Assembly (NCBI GenBank): GCA_947366545.1
Contig: CANBAL010000001.1
Span: 50,168-114,167, forward strand
DNA from: an uncultured Clostridia bacterium
GTDB lineage: Bacteria; Bacillota; Clostridia; Christensenellales; UBA1242
Direction of reading: 5' to 3'
DNA: 64,000 nucleotides
This document shows, in pieces, positions 63,348-64,000 of this stretch. The translations under genes were made by a program, and so were the position numbers. Numbering within the stretch: position 1 is the stretch's first letter; every line of letters starts with the position of its first letter. Below the pieces are notes generated by a model that did not search any database, was not told the origin of the DNA, and saw nothing but the letters and a program-made list of their open reading frames with translations.

Positions 63348-63805
63348 TGCACCGTCCTCAACAATTTGATAAGTTCCCCTAATATATGGTTGTGGCTTAT
63401 GGTATCTTTGATATTATCATAGTACTTGTCAAGTTTAATCATGAACGCGGCTAGGCAGTCACCACAATTTACAAAAACCTGCATAGTGAAAACATTGTTG
63501 TCTAAATCCTTAATTACATAAGACGGAAAAATAAATTCCCCAAGTTTAATTTTTGTTTTTCCTGCCAAGATGTATTTATGAGAAAAAAGATTTAACTTTT
63601 TTGTGAAATTATCATAATAATCAAAAAACTCATCTGGATCGCGATGCACCTCAAAAAGTGAAATCACTTCACCCTTTCTCGACAGATAGTTTTCTTTATT
63701 GGTCATCCCTTGTCCATTTGGCAGACTATATATGTCGTTTGTGAGTTGCCAGCCCTCAGGCAAGGCAAAACTCATTTCATTTAAACTTTCAATAACTCTT
63801 TCCAT
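63344..63805 (-). CDS. Hypothetical protein, overlapping queH by 4 nt
   Basis: I chose the ATG at 63805 after GGAGAAAAT. I recognise no family. Confidence 0.45.
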   Translation of the reverse strand: MERVIESLNEMSFALPEGWQLTNDIYSLPNGQGMTNKENYLSRKGEVISLFEVHRDPDEFFDYYDNFTKKLNLFSHKYILAGKTKIKLGEFIFPSYVIKDLDNNVFTMQVFVNCGDCLAAFMIKLDKYYDNIKDTISHNHILGELIKLLRTVQ

Positions 63806-63852
63806 ATTTTCTCCATGGATTAAGTATGCCACGAAGAAAGACGTTTGTCAAT

Positions 63853-64000
63853 CTAAATAGCATTTATTGCATACATGAAGATATCATTTACATGCTCACT
63901 ACGAAGAGTATACACAAGTATCTTTCCGTCACGCTTATACGAAACAAGATTTTGATCTTTAAGTTGTTTTAGTTGGTGACTTATAGTTGTCTGATTGATA
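63853..64000 (-). CDS. ArsR/SmtB-family transcriptional regulator, 5'-truncated by the window edge (absent from ORF track)
   Basis: The reverse-strand translation is INQTTISHQLKQLKDQNLVSYKRDGKILVYTLRSEHVNDIFMYAINAI-stop. It matches the recognition helix and wing of ArsR-type HTH proteins (S.HL..L....LV...r.G....Y.L). Confidence 0.65.
   Translation of the reverse strand, partial: INQTTISHQLKQLKDQNLVSYKRDGKILVYTLRSEHVNDIFMYAINAI

Noticed and set aside
1-64000. Alternative genetic code (e.g. TGA=Trp, as in Mollicute-like low-GC lineages)
   Set aside because: Long conserved genes (rpoB, leuS, mfd, ftsH, the 10-kb ORF) are uninterrupted under the standard bacterial code and end at normal positions relative to homologues. 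No recoding is required.

Overview
This 64-kb window looks like chromosomal DNA from a low-GC, endospore-forming Firmicute (Clostridia-like). That assignment rests on SpoIIID, a GerA-type A/B/C germinant-receptor operon, a SpoVB-like flippase, and DUF421/DUF4363 and YlmC-like genes. The window is densely coded, mostly on the minus strand, and dominated by core genes: rpoB (open-ended at the window edge, so missing from the ORF track), hflX, acpP, mfd, pth, ftsH, leuS, rplJ-rplL with an L10-type leader/attenuator, cysS, recD2, comFC, tRNA-Glu(UUC), rubrerythrin, hup, lepB and queH. I saw no rRNA, CRISPR array, transposase, integrase or phage genes. The standout is a 12.7-kb two-gene operon (3223..15971, minus strand) between rpoB and hflX. 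It pairs a VirB4/TraE-type ATPase, whose N-terminus looks like a fused PrgI/VirB3-type two-helix membrane module, with a 3,354-aa predicted lipoprotein. The two genes appear translationally coupled. The lipoprotein carries three GLUG-motif beta-helix modules separated by long beta-rich spacers. No other type IV secretion or conjugation component and no mobile-element hallmark is present anywhere in the window. Other observations: (1) at least five genes repeat a promoter-6 to 8 nt-ATG geometry without a Shine-Dalgarno sequence, suggesting leaderless mRNAs. (2) A GC-rich, multi-hairpin candidate sRNA sits between two convergent terminators at 61.4-61.6 kb. (3) A degenerate, C-terminally truncated GlmU-like gene occupies the glmU-(prs)-pth-mfd position. 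(4) FtsH carries a SHOCT-like charged tail. (5) The GerC-type subunit has a Gly/Ser-rich insertion. (6) rpoB is physically uncoupled from rplJL. All calls come from reading the sequence and the supplied translations; no database search was run.
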